In this document: positions 29,245 through 38,754 of the stretch, in pieces
Layout: every line of letters starts with the position of its first letter
How positions within the stretch are numbered: position 1 is the first letter of the stretch
Assembly (NCBI GenBank): GCA_963791795.1
Contig: CAWBTP010000035.1
Coordinates: 35,578-99,577, forward strand
Direction: 5' to 3'
Length of the DNA: 64,000 nt
Origin: an uncultured Acidimicrobiia bacterium
GTDB lineage: Bacteria > Acidobacteriota > Terriglobia > Versatilivoradales > Versatilivoraceae
The notes under the pieces: model-generated
Told to the model about the DNA's origin: nothing
Seen by the model: the letters and a program-made list of their open reading frames with translations, nothing else
The model's database searches: none
Position numbers and translations under genes: made by a program

Positions 29245-31380
29245 GTGACACTCATTCGCCCCGTTCAACTTCTTTGCAGGGGCTTGGCCGCCGTGTTGGT
29301 GATTTGCTTCTTGACGCCTGCATCCACACTGGGAAACGAATGCCGGGAACCGGTGACCGGGCAGATCCGGTTGGAACCGCATCATCCTTGGGCTCCGCCA
29401 TTTGGCTTGGAGCGGCCAGGGCAGGGCTTCACCGCGGTCGTGGAAATTCACTCGGACGTGCGGCCCCTGCGCGAGTACTGGTTGTCTTCCCAGGCGGAAG
29501 GCAAAGAAGTGGAGCGCAAGATCGTCGCGCTGGCCGGGATTTTTTCAAAGCCACCGTTCATCGGAAAGGTGACTTTCACTCAGCCATTCGATGAACTCGT
29601 TCTGTTTGGCAAGTGCAGATTTGAAGGCGCTCCCGCCGAGGTTGCACGCCAGAAGGTGTCTCTTCCCGAACTTGAAGCCGAAGCCGTGGCCCGACCAGAC
29701 AAATTGATCAATCCGGTGAACCTGGGTGCCATCCTGGTTCCCTACGATTGGCTGTTGCTGGCAGGTGGCCAGAAGGGAAGCGTGGAAGTAGCCGCTGTTT
29801 CTTTTAGACGCGACGCCCGCAAAGCTCAGATCTCGGCATGGTATGAATCGACAACCCAACCCAAATCGATGAAGGGCGTCGATCTGATGCCGGGAAAGAA
29901 AGCCCAGTTCACCCTAGCCCTGCCTGCGACGACTTCGACCGCCGAAAAGGATGTGCTACACGTTGCTATCGCAGGAGAAGACGGGAAGGAACTCTGGCAC
30001 AAGAAAATTCGAACCATGCGCGTAAATCAGCCGCCGCGGTTGCCGGAGTTTGGGGCGACGGCGTTGAAACTCCGCTATGACGCTCCTATCTCAGTGCGAA
30101 ATCCCGAGACGGGGACGTTCTCTTCGATGGACTACAACAGTGCCTGGGATTCCAGCTTGAACGATGTCGTGGTGTCTCTCCCGAACGGCTCGCGCTATGT
30201 CTTCTGGCGGGGATCGAGTTACATACCGTTTTGGGCAGGCGAGCACAATATGGGCATGAGCTATGAATGGGCGGAAACCTTACCGCCTCCCGATGGCTTT
30301 GTTGACTGTGTCGAACCCCTGATGGACAAGGAACTACGCTACTCGCGCGTTGAGATTGTGGAGTCCACTCCGGCGAGAGTTCACGTTCGCTGGCGGTATC
30401 AGTCCACCGACTTCATGTACAAGGTCTGGGGCGACATGCCGGTGGAGGATTACATTTTCTATCCGGATGGATTCGGAACGCGAACCCTGACCCTGAAGAG
30501 CGCGCTTGCATCGACCTATGAGGTTCAGGAATTCATCATCATTGCACCTCAGTCGGCTTTCCCGTTTGAGGTGCTCGACCCCAAAGTTGTGGATATTCTT
30601 TTCATCGACGGACAGAAACGAGAAATCCAGTTTCCAGCACGCGGCGAGAAATCCACTCCCGGCGGGATCAAAAGGCCGGGAGTCGGCGATCCGCGCGATG
30701 TTCCGGCTATCTATCGCGTCCGGCTGCACAAAGACGACGCGGCTGCGGCGATCTCCTTCAGTCCTTACAATACCTTGCTGCCCCAGATTTTTGGCCCCTT
30801 CTACGATCGAGACCAAATGGTGACGCCATTTTACTGGGGGAGCCATTGGCCGCTGGCCCGGGGGAACATGACCGGCTTGGCGATTGACGATCGAATTTAC
30901 TTGAGTCCCTCGCACAACAGCATCATGACCTGGGGGATGAACAACCACACGCCCGCATCGAGTGCGACGATCCAGACTCACGACACTCTGGGCCGGCTCA
31001 AAACTATGGACTACCGGCGTTGGCATTGGCTGATCGGGTTAACGGATGCTTCCGATCAGCGTCTTCTGGAATGGGCGCAGAGTTTCCGCACACCGCCTTC
31101 TCTGGAACTGCAGGGAGCCAAACTCGAACTGGATTCGTATGTTGCCGAACGGCGGGCCGTGCGGCTGAGCGTAGAGAGTTCGACACCTGTTATCACGCTG
31201 AAGCCTTCCGTGCGCTACATCAATCCCGTGTTTGAACTGAGCGGCGCGCCCAAGAACCTGGCCAGCGTGATGTTGGGCAACCGTTCGCTCAAACCCACGG
31301 AGTACGCCTGGGATGGGAAGACGCTTTGGGTGAACGCTGATATTGAAGCCACGACGCTATTGAAACTTGAATTTCGGTGA
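29245..31380 (+). CDS. large secreted hypothetical protein (711 aa), family not recognised
   Basis: The ORF is uninterrupted with the signal-like N-terminus LLCRGLAAVLVICFLTPASTLG. It contains no motif I can assign. Confidence 0.7.
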   Translation: MTLIRPVQLLCRGLAAVLVICFLTPASTLGNECREPVTGQIRLEPHHPWAPPFGLERPGQGFTAVVEIHSDVRPLREYWLSSQAEGKEVERKIVALAGIFSKPPFIGKVTFTQPFDELVLFGKCRFEGAPAEVARQKVSLPELEAEAVARPDKLINPVNLGAILVPYDWLLLAGGQKGSVEVAAVSFRRDARKAQISAWYESTTQPKSMKGVDLMPGKKAQFTLALPATTSTAEKDVLHVAIAGEDGKELWHKKIRTMRVNQPPRLPEFGATALKLRYDAPISVRNPETGTFSSMDYNSAWDSSLNDVVVSLPNGSRYVFWRGSSYIPFWAGEHNMGMSYEWAETLPPPDGFVDCVEPLMDKELRYSRVEIVESTPARVHVRWRYQSTDFMYKVWGDMPVEDYIFYPDGFGTRTLTLKSALASTYEVQEFIIIAPQSAFPFEVLDPKVVDILFIDGQKREIQFPARGEKSTPGGIKRPGVGDPRDVPAIYRVRLHKDDAAAAISFSPYNTLLPQIFGPFYDRDQMVTPFYWGSHWPLARGNMTGLAIDDRIYLSPSHNSIMTWGMNNHTPASSATIQTHDTLGRLKTMDYRRWHWLIGLTDASDQRLLEWAQSFRTPPSLELQGAKLELDSYVAERRAVRLSVESSTPVITLKPSVRYINPVFELSGAPKNLASVMLGNRSLKPTEYAWDGKTLWVNADIEATTLLKLEFR

Positions 31381-31564
31381 CGAGGTCTAGCCGTCAGGCC
31401 TAGGGGTTGCCTGGCGACGTGTTCGTCCGAGGAAGGAGCCCGGAACGATTTCCTGATCTGAAGACGCCGCCCTCGATGAGCGCGAAAGTGGTTGTCAAGG
31501 TTATGCCCTTCAGGAAGTGGCTCGGCGGGGCTTCAACCCGCGATGTGAATTTCCAGAAAAGACC

Positions 31565-31592
31565 TTGACAAACACATTCAGGGCGTTATCAT
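31565..31592 (+). promoter_or_regulatory. sigma-70-like promoter candidate, about 390 nt upstream of the SDR/ALDH/ADH operon
   Basis: TTGACA (31565-31570), a 16-nt spacer, then TATCAT (31587-31592), in a locally AT-rich stretch. Confidence 0.35.
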
Positions 31593-31617
31593 TTGAATCC
31601 TCTTCAGTGTAATTGAT

Positions 31618-31634
31618 AATCAGTGAATCTGATT
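31618..31634. promoter_or_regulatory. palindromic operator-like site AATCAG-N5-CTGATT
   Basis: A perfect 6-bp inverted repeat lies about 26 nt downstream of the putative -10. Confidence 0.25.
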
Positions 31635-31983
31635 CATCGTTGAGATGAGATTTCCTCTACGATGCAGGTTCTGGTGAAGGCTTAAGTTTATCGAGGAGCG
31701 CCAGACTCCTGCCCAAACAGAATCCCTCTAACCTCGATCCAAGGATCCCAAAGGTTGCTGCCGGCTGGCATCCCATCACTCCTCATGCAAGGACGCTCTT
31801 CGTGGCGCGTGGATGTCAGAAGCGGGACGGCGACGGAGGATGAGTGTTTGCGTAAGAGTTGAAGACTTAGGCAAGTTCAATCGGATCTCGCTCGCTGTAG
31901 AGCCTTGGAGGAGTTCCCGGATGGACGGCAATCTTGCTGTCATGAAACCTGCCAAAATTTGGTTTGAGACGTTCTGAGGAGAA

Positions 31984-32766
31984 ATGAACTTCAAAGGGAA
32001 GGTTGCTGTCATTACAGGCGCAGCTGCAGGTATCGGCCGCGCAACAGCCATTCTGTTTGCTGAGCACGGGGCTGCGGTAGGCCTTGTTGATCGGGATGCC
32101 AGCGGAGTTGAAGAGACCGCTGCGCTTGTCCGGGGGTCTGGCGGTCAGGCTTTGGCCGTTTGCGCGGACGTTGGTGTCGAGGAGGAGGTCATCGGAGCTT
32201 TTCGGGAGCTGGCGTCGAGTTTGAAGAAAATCGATATTCTCATCAACAACGCAGGCGTCGAGCTTTACAAGGACTTTCTTCAATACGAATCCGCCGAATG
32301 GCACCGACTGCTGAACGTGAATTTGAACAGCGTCTATTACTGTTCGAAGCAAGCGATTCCGTTTATGATCCAGTCCGGTGAAGGAAGCATCGTCAACCTG
32401 TCATCCGTCCAGGCTTTGGCGACCACCGGGCAGGTGTCTCCCTATGCCGCTGCCAAAGGAGGAATCCTTTCCCTGACACGCGACATGGCGCGAGAATTCG
32501 GCAAGCACAAGATTCGCGTTAATTCGATCTGCCCTGGATGTATCCACACACCCATGATGGATCGGACGCTGGCCACAATGGCAGACGCAGATACGGTTGT
32601 GAGGCGCATGGCCCAAGCCATTCCGTTGCAGCGTCTGGGCAAGGCAGAAGATATTGCGAAGGTGGCTTTATTCCTTTCGTCTTCCTACGCAGACTACATC
32701 TCAGGGACTGCTTTGGTGGTGGATGGAGGTCTGCTGTCGAAGTTGCCGTTGCCGGAGTATTGGTAA
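31984..32766 (+). CDS. SDR family NAD(P)-dependent oxidoreductase
   Basis: It carries KVAVITGAAAGIGRA, NNAGV and YAAAKGG. GAGGAG lies about 3-4 nt (rather close) before ATG 31984. Confidence 0.9.
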   Translation: MNFKGKVAVITGAAAGIGRATAILFAEHGAAVGLVDRDASGVEETAALVRGSGGQALAVCADVGVEEEVIGAFRELASSLKKIDILINNAGVELYKDFLQYESAEWHRLLNVNLNSVYYCSKQAIPFMIQSGEGSIVNLSSVQALATTGQVSPYAAAKGGILSLTRDMAREFGKHKIRVNSICPGCIHTPMMDRTLATMADADTVVRRMAQAIPLQRLGKAEDIAKVALFLSSSYADYISGTALVVDGGLLSKLPLPEYW

Positions 32767-32886
32767 CGAGGAAATTACTGACAATGTTGGGCAGGGTGAG
32801 GGTTTCGCCCGAAACCGATTGCGCGCTGCGAGCACAGTTAATGTTGCAAGATCCAAGTTGATCTCTCTTAGACCTAAGGAGGCGTT

Positions 32887-34388
32887 ATGCCAGCAACTCA
32901 AACCAGCAAACATTCTTTGGCCGTGGAAGCCTTTCTAACCGAGAGGCCGCAGCGATTGTTTATCGGAGGAGGATGGATGCCCTCCAGGAAGGGCCAGACG
33001 TTTCAGACGCTCGATCCCGGCGCCGGATCGGTCTTGAGTTCAGTCTTCGACGCCGGCAGCGAAGATGTCGATCTGGCCGTGCAAACCGCCAGGCAGGCGT
33101 TTCGGAATTCAGGCTGGGCTCAAATGACGCCCAACGCTCGGGGTGTCTACCTTCATCGCTTGGCCGATTTGGTGGAACAAAACAAATCGACGCTGGCTGA
33201 GATCGAGTCTCTGGATGTGGGAAAGCCTCTGCCCCAGGCCACCTGGGATATCGAAAACTTTTCGGCAACGCTTCGTTATTACACGGATCTGGCCGTTCAC
33301 ATTCAGTACAAGACACCGATCGCGGTTTCCAAGCACGAAGCACGAGTCGTAAAACATCCCTACGGCGTGTGCGGCTTTATCTTTCCATGGAATTTCCCAT
33401 TCCTGCTCGTGGGTTGGGGAATTTCTCCAGCGCTGGCTGCTGGAAATACGGTTGTCATCAAGCCTGCGGAGGACACTCCGCTCTCCACGCTCTACCTCAC
33501 CAAGCTCGTAAAGGAGGCCGGAATTCCAGATGGCGTTGTCAACGTCGTAACCGGTTTGGGGACCACCGCGGGAGAGGCATTGGCGAACCATCCCGGACTC
33601 AACCGCATGTCGTTTACAGGATCGCCGGAAGTAGGAAAGCTCGTGGCTGAGTCGTGCGGACGGAATTTGATTCCGGTGAAGCTGGAGCTGGGAGGCAAAG
33701 GCGCTGCTGTCCTGTTTGATGACATCGATGTTGAGAAGACCGTGGATGCGCTCTGTGGTGCGGTGACCCTGAATACGGGTCAGGTCTGTTGCACGGCGAC
33801 CCGATGGCTGGTCCATGAATCCATCTACGATCAGTTTGTGGAACGGACTCGATCGCGCATGGGTGCCGTCCAGATTGGATATTGGAACGATCCCCAAGAC
33901 TCAGATGGGTCCCGTGGTCAGTCAAAAGCAGACGGGAGCGGGTCTTGGGTTATCTGCAGAAAGCCCGGCAAGCAGGGCGCCGAAGCGGTTGTTCCGGGTG
34001 GTGCGGCGGAAGTGCCCGGCAAGCCGGAAGGCTTCTACGTGAAGCCGGCTGTGCTGGCCGGGTACTCCCGACAACGTGGCCGCGCGCGAAGAGATCTTCG
34101 GACCTGTGCCCTTACATGCTGAAATTCAAAGCTGAGGAGGAAGCCATCGAGCTGGTGAACCGTTCGACCTACGGCTTGGCAAACAGCGTCTGGAGCCAGG
34201 ACCTAGATCGGGCGAATCGAGTGGCAGAGTCGCTGGTGGCTGGCAACGGCTGGATCAATGCTCACAACGTGTTCGTGCATGGTGTTCCTTACGGCGGCGT
34301 CAATCTCAGCGGTCTGGGAGGCGGCGTGTTGGGTCCCGCCACCTTGTTCGATTACTTGCGCGACCAGTCGATTGTCCGGCCGTTGTAG
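32887..34388 (+). CDS. NAD(P)-dependent aldehyde dehydrogenase, with five +1 frame breaks clustered in 33890-34110
   Basis: It carries ELGGKG and the catalytic GQVCCTATR. The C-terminal third is recovered as ...IGYWNDP|[12 protein letters not shown]|[15 protein letters not shown]|AEAVVPGG...AVLAG|..[15 protein letters not shown]|[16 protein letters not shown]... (frame path 1>2>0>1>2>0). Confidence 0.8.
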
Positions 34389-34621
34389 AAGAGGTTCGTG
34401 TGCAGTTGACGGCTTCCGGACGTGTCAGGTTGCATCTACAACGCGGCCGTCGGTCCGATTGCTTGCGGTTGTGGTGACGGGCGTCATGCCTGCACCGGCG
34501 AATCGTAGAAACTCCAGGAACGCGCGCGGAGCGCGCCTTCCACCTGGTGGAGCGGGCGCTTCCTGCGCACGCTTTGCATACGAGGAGTAAGCAGCATCTT
34601 CACCTTCAGAGACCTCTCTTC

Positions 34622-35707
34622 ATGAAAGCTTGGCGATTTTACGGCTTCAACGATTTGCGAATGGATGAAACGGCGCCGCCGGTCTGCAAACCCCGGCACG
34701 TCGTGGTGAAGGTGCACTGTGTGCAGCCCAGCGTCACCGAAGCTCAACTGGCCCGCGGGATCAAGACGCTGGCTTACGAGCGCATCAAGAAACGACTCGA
34801 GAATGAAGCGCCGGTGCAGTTGTTCGGGCATGAATTCTGTGCAGAGATTGTTGAAACAGGCGAGGGCGTGTCGAAGTTTCAAGTCGGAGATCGCATTGCC
34901 GCGCGGGCCAAGCTGCCTTGTGAAAAGTGCTCGCTGTGTCTTTCCGGCCGAATGACCCTGTGTCGAAAAGGTCCGGTGATCGGATTTGATCTGCCTGGCT
35001 GCTTTTCGGAGTTTGCACTGCTGCCGGAGATTGCGCTGGTGAAGGTTGACGACCGGATTTCGCATAGCGAGGCCGCTTGCCTGCAGTCGCTCAGCGACAG
35101 CGTCGCGGCCGTCGAAACCGCGGACATTCAAGTGGGCGATACAGTGGCGATCTTCGGGCAAGGAAGCATGGGGTTCGAGTGTATGCAGGTAGCGCGGAAC
35201 TGCGGTGCTGGGAAAATCATCACGGTCGATGTGCGCGACGAAGCCTGCCAGAAATCCCGGGAACTCGGCGCCGACACTTCAATCAACGCCACTCAAGACG
35301 ATCCGGTGTCGGCGATTCGAGACCTGACTGAAGGCAATGGCGCTGATGTCGTCTTCGAGTGCGCCGGAGGCAGCCCGCGGCAGGGACTTTCAGGGGTCAA
35401 GACGCTCACGCAGGCCATCGACGCAGTGCGGTCTGGTGGCAAGGTCATTGGCGTGTCCTGGTTTGGCGAACCCTTTCCCGTTGACATCGATTTGTTGCGG
35501 GAACGGAGCCTGCGGTACCTGTTTCCCGACATCAGCACCTCGGCGCATTTGGAGTACACCGTCAGACTCGTTGCTTCCGGCCGAATCCAGGTCAAACCGA
35601 TGGTTACACACATACTCTCCGGCATCGAGTCCGTCCCCCAAGCATTTGAAATCACCGCCAACAAAGGAAAATACAAAGCCATCAGTCCGGCTCAAGTCAT
35701 GCTATGA
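34622..35707 (+). CDS. zinc-dependent alcohol dehydrogenase (MDR superfamily)
   Basis: It carries GHEFCAEIVETG, a structural-zinc CEKCSLCLSGRMTLC and a Rossmann GQGSMG. The stop overlaps the next start (ATGA). Confidence 0.85.
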   Translation: MKAWRFYGFNDLRMDETAPPVCKPRHVVVKVHCVQPSVTEAQLARGIKTLAYERIKKRLENEAPVQLFGHEFCAEIVETGEGVSKFQVGDRIAARAKLPCEKCSLCLSGRMTLCRKGPVIGFDLPGCFSEFALLPEIALVKVDDRISHSEAACLQSLSDSVAAVETADIQVGDTVAIFGQGSMGFECMQVARNCGAGKIITVDVRDEACQKSRELGADTSINATQDDPVSAIRDLTEGNGADVVFECAGGSPRQGLSGVKTLTQAIDAVRSGGKVIGVSWFGEPFPVDIDLLRERSLRYLFPDISTSAHLEYTVRLVASGRIQVKPMVTHILSGIESVPQAFEITANKGKYKAISPAQVML

Positions 35708-36408
35708 ACAAGCCAGCCCGTCCTTCGGCCGCAGTGTCGCCACGCCTGTTGAAGGAAATCCGCACCATCCGAACCTCGCTTCTTTCCGACGCCCTCGGGA
35801 AAGGCGGCGCCATGGATCACGACATGCGCTGCTTTTCGGCCAACTGCCGGATGGCCGGCCCGCAGTCACCGTGCGCGTCCATACGGCAGACATCCTCATG
35901 GTGGGAATCACTCTGTCTCATTGTCCGAAAGGCAGTGTGCTCGTGATTGACGGGCAGGGAGAACTCAATACAGCCCTGTGGGGTGAAGTCACTACGCTTG
36001 CGGCCCGGCTGAAAGGATTGCAGGGCGTGGTCATTGACGGTGCGATTCGCGATCTCTACAAAATCCGCCGCGACAAGCTGCCGGTCTTCGCGCGAGCCGT
36101 TGTTCCCAACGCGGGAGGTGTCCAATATCCGGGTGAGTTTCAAGTCGACAGTCCAATGCGGCGGCGCCATCGTGCACCCTGGCGATTGGGTTGTTGGAGA
36201 CGAAGACGGAGTGGTGGTCGTTCCGCAAGACCGTCTGGAGTCGGTGATTGAAGCAGCGAAGCGTTTGGCGATTGTTGAGAAGAAGATCGAGGACGAAGTC
36301 GCGAAAGGAAAGGATCTCGCAACGCTGCTTCGCTATCACGAATTGTTGGAGAAGAAGACAGACGGAAGGAGTCCTGCCGCAAATGAGATTCCTGGAAAAG
36401 GGCTAGGA
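35704..36408 (+). CDS. RraA-like / 4-hydroxy-4-methyl-2-oxoglutarate aldolase family protein, with two frame breaks (about 35825 and about 36135)
   Basis: SLLSDALGKGGAMDHDMR | ...GSVLVIDGQGELNTALWGEVTTLAARLKGLQGVVIDGAIRDLYKIRRDKLPVFARAVVPNAG | ...VQCGGAIVHPGDWVVGDEDGVVVVP. No in-frame stop precedes the next ORF, so the 3' end is nominal. Confidence 0.6.
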
Positions 36409-37242
36409 ATGACTTCACGCTTGGAACGCATCACTCAGGCAGCCAGCGCGCCAGCGTTGGAACTGGTCGCGGGAATGTCGGTTGTTTTCTTTGCCAACGG
36501 GGACCTGGGCGCCAACGGGTTCAGCACCGGCATGGCCCGCCTCAAGCCCGGGGCTTGCTTGCCCTATCACACACACGAATGCGGGGAATCGATTACCGTT
36601 CTTCAGGGACACTGCGAGGTTTCGGTGGAAGGACGGACCTACGCTCTCGCGCCGTATGATTCCATTCACGTGCTTGCCGGTTCGGCGCACACAATGAAGA
36701 GCCTCGAACAGGTCAGCGATTTGCTGACCCATGTCGCTTTCTCATCGCCAACGGTCACCCGGGAATTTGTAACCGCAGAGTTTACTCCGCGCGACCTGCG
36801 AGACGCGGCCTTGTCCGGCGGATCAGAAGCGCTGGTGAGGTTTTCCAAGGCGGAAGAGTATGAGCTCTCCGCCAACGCGATGTTCAGAGATTTGTTTGCA
36901 AAGCGACTGGGCTCGAAAGGCATTTGCGGCGGGTACGGTCGGTTTGCTCCTGGAGCTTCGCTGCCCTGCCACACGCATCTCTACGATGAGTCCATCACCA
37001 TCGTTGAAGGCGCGGCCACTTGCCTGGTGGCCGGAAGACGCTATTCGCTGAGTGGTTGCGATACGGCGCTGGTTCCGAAAGGACAGCCTCATCGGTTTAT
37101 CAATGAATCGGATCAACCGATGGCGATGGTCTGGGTTTATGCTGGCGACGAGCCGGAGAGAGTCATCGTGGACAACGCGATTTGCTCGGGGCGCGGCAAT
37201 AAGTTCCCCTTCAAAGGGAGAGCTCAACGGCTGCTTGTCTAA
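36409..37242 (+). CDS. bicupin protein (two cupin_2-like domains)
   Basis: It has two metal-site-like motifs, PYHTHECGESITVLQG and PCHTHLYDESITIVEG. ATG 36409 is in frame with the preceding RraA-like reading frame. Confidence 0.6.
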   Translation: MTSRLERITQAASAPALELVAGMSVVFFANGDLGANGFSTGMARLKPGACLPYHTHECGESITVLQGHCEVSVEGRTYALAPYDSIHVLAGSAHTMKSLEQVSDLLTHVAFSSPTVTREFVTAEFTPRDLRDAALSGGSEALVRFSKAEEYELSANAMFRDLFAKRLGSKGICGGYGRFAPGASLPCHTHLYDESITIVEGAATCLVAGRRYSLSGCDTALVPKGQPHRFINESDQPMAMVWVYAGDEPERVIVDNAICSGRGNKFPFKGRAQRLLV

Positions 37243-37438
37243 AGTTCAGGTATCGCCTTCCGCGAAAGAACGTCAGGCTGGCGGCTCGTAAGTCGAGCGG
37301 AATTCTAGACCGCGCCTGCAGCGTCCAGGCTGGATTCCAAGGCTCGCGCTTCGCTTGAGCCGGAACGACTGGCGGGCTGGATCGATAGATCTCTAAGTAG
37401 AACTCCTCTAGCGAGTTCCAGTTCCAAAAGGAACGAGC

Positions 37439-38754
37439 GTGAAAACAACTGTGCAGTCCGTGCCGACGAAGGAGCGTTCCTTCATTCGGAGTTCTGAAGC
37501 AAAGAGCCTTCAGGAGTTGACGCCGCAGCAGTGGAAATCAGGCATAGCCGCCTGGCTCGGCTGGCTCTTCGACGGCCTCGACATGCATTTGTACACGCTG
37601 GTGGCGGCGCCATTTGTGATGCAGCTGCTTCACGCGAACAGCCTTGCCGATCCCTCGGTAAAGCAGCACAGCGCATGGATTCAAGCGGCGTTCCTCATTG
37701 GTTGGGCGCTCGGCGGTGGATTCTTTGGCCGGGTGGGCGACCTCGCTGGGCCGCAGCCGGGCGTTAAGCCTGACCATCGTCACCTACGCCGTGTTCACCG
37801 GGCTTTCCTCCTTTGCTCAAACCTGGTGGCATCTGCTCATCTTCCGTTTCCTCGCGGCATTGGGTATCGGTGGAGAGTGGGCCGTCGGTTCTTCGTTGCT
37901 TTCTGAGACCTGGCCGAAACGCTGGGGACCGTGGCTGGCTGCCGTGCTTCAGACCGGGGTCAATATCGGAGTGCTGCTGGCATGTGTCACAACGTACCTC
38001 ATGGCTGGGCAGAATCCGCGATGGGTTTTCCTGGTGGGAATTCTCCCCGCTTTGCTGGTGTTCTGGATTCGACGGGCGGTCCCGGAACCGGAGGAATGGC
38101 ACCAGGCCAAGGCCGAAGCCCGTCAGCAGCCCCCAGTGTCGGATTTGTTTCGAGGCGAAGTGCTTCCCATCACTGTCAAGACGATTCTGGTTTGCTCATT
38201 GACACTCACGGCCTGGTGGGCTTTTCAATTCTGGAACCAGCAGCATTTGCGGAATCTCCCAGAGTTGGCCGACTGGACGGTGGCGCAGCGGGAACAACTG
38301 GTCAGCAAATCGTTCTTCATCATCATTGCTTCAGCCATTCTGGGAAATTTCATCGCGGGGTGGTTGGCCAGTCTGTTCAGCTACCGGCGCGCCATCGCTC
38401 TCATGTGTCTTGGACTTGTTCATTTCCTACATGGGTGCCTATGCCGTGCCGCGCGACTACAGTTCGCTGATGGTCTGGCTGGCTTTGATCGGCCTCTTCT
38501 CCGGTGTGTTCGGGCTGTTTACCATGTACCTGCCTCCGCTCTTTCCAACGCTGCTGAGAACGACGGGTGCCGGCTTCTGTTACAACATTGGCCGGATTGC
38601 GGCGGCATTCGGGACTGTCTTCTTTGGTTTGTTCTCGCAGGTCGGCGACTTCCGGGTCGCACTATTCTCCGTGGGTTTTCTGATTCCAGTAGCGATGGTG
38701 TTTGCTCTGATCCTGCCTGATCTGAAACTGAGCAAGCCTGAATTGAAACGATGA
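37439..38754 (+). CDS. MFS transporter, with two +1 frame breaks (about 37745 and about 38415)
   Basis: The three track ORFs join as ...GGFFGRVGD|RLGRSRALSLTIVTYAVF... and ...IALMCLGL|FISYMGAYAV.... About 12 hydrophobic segments are visible. Confidence 0.75.
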
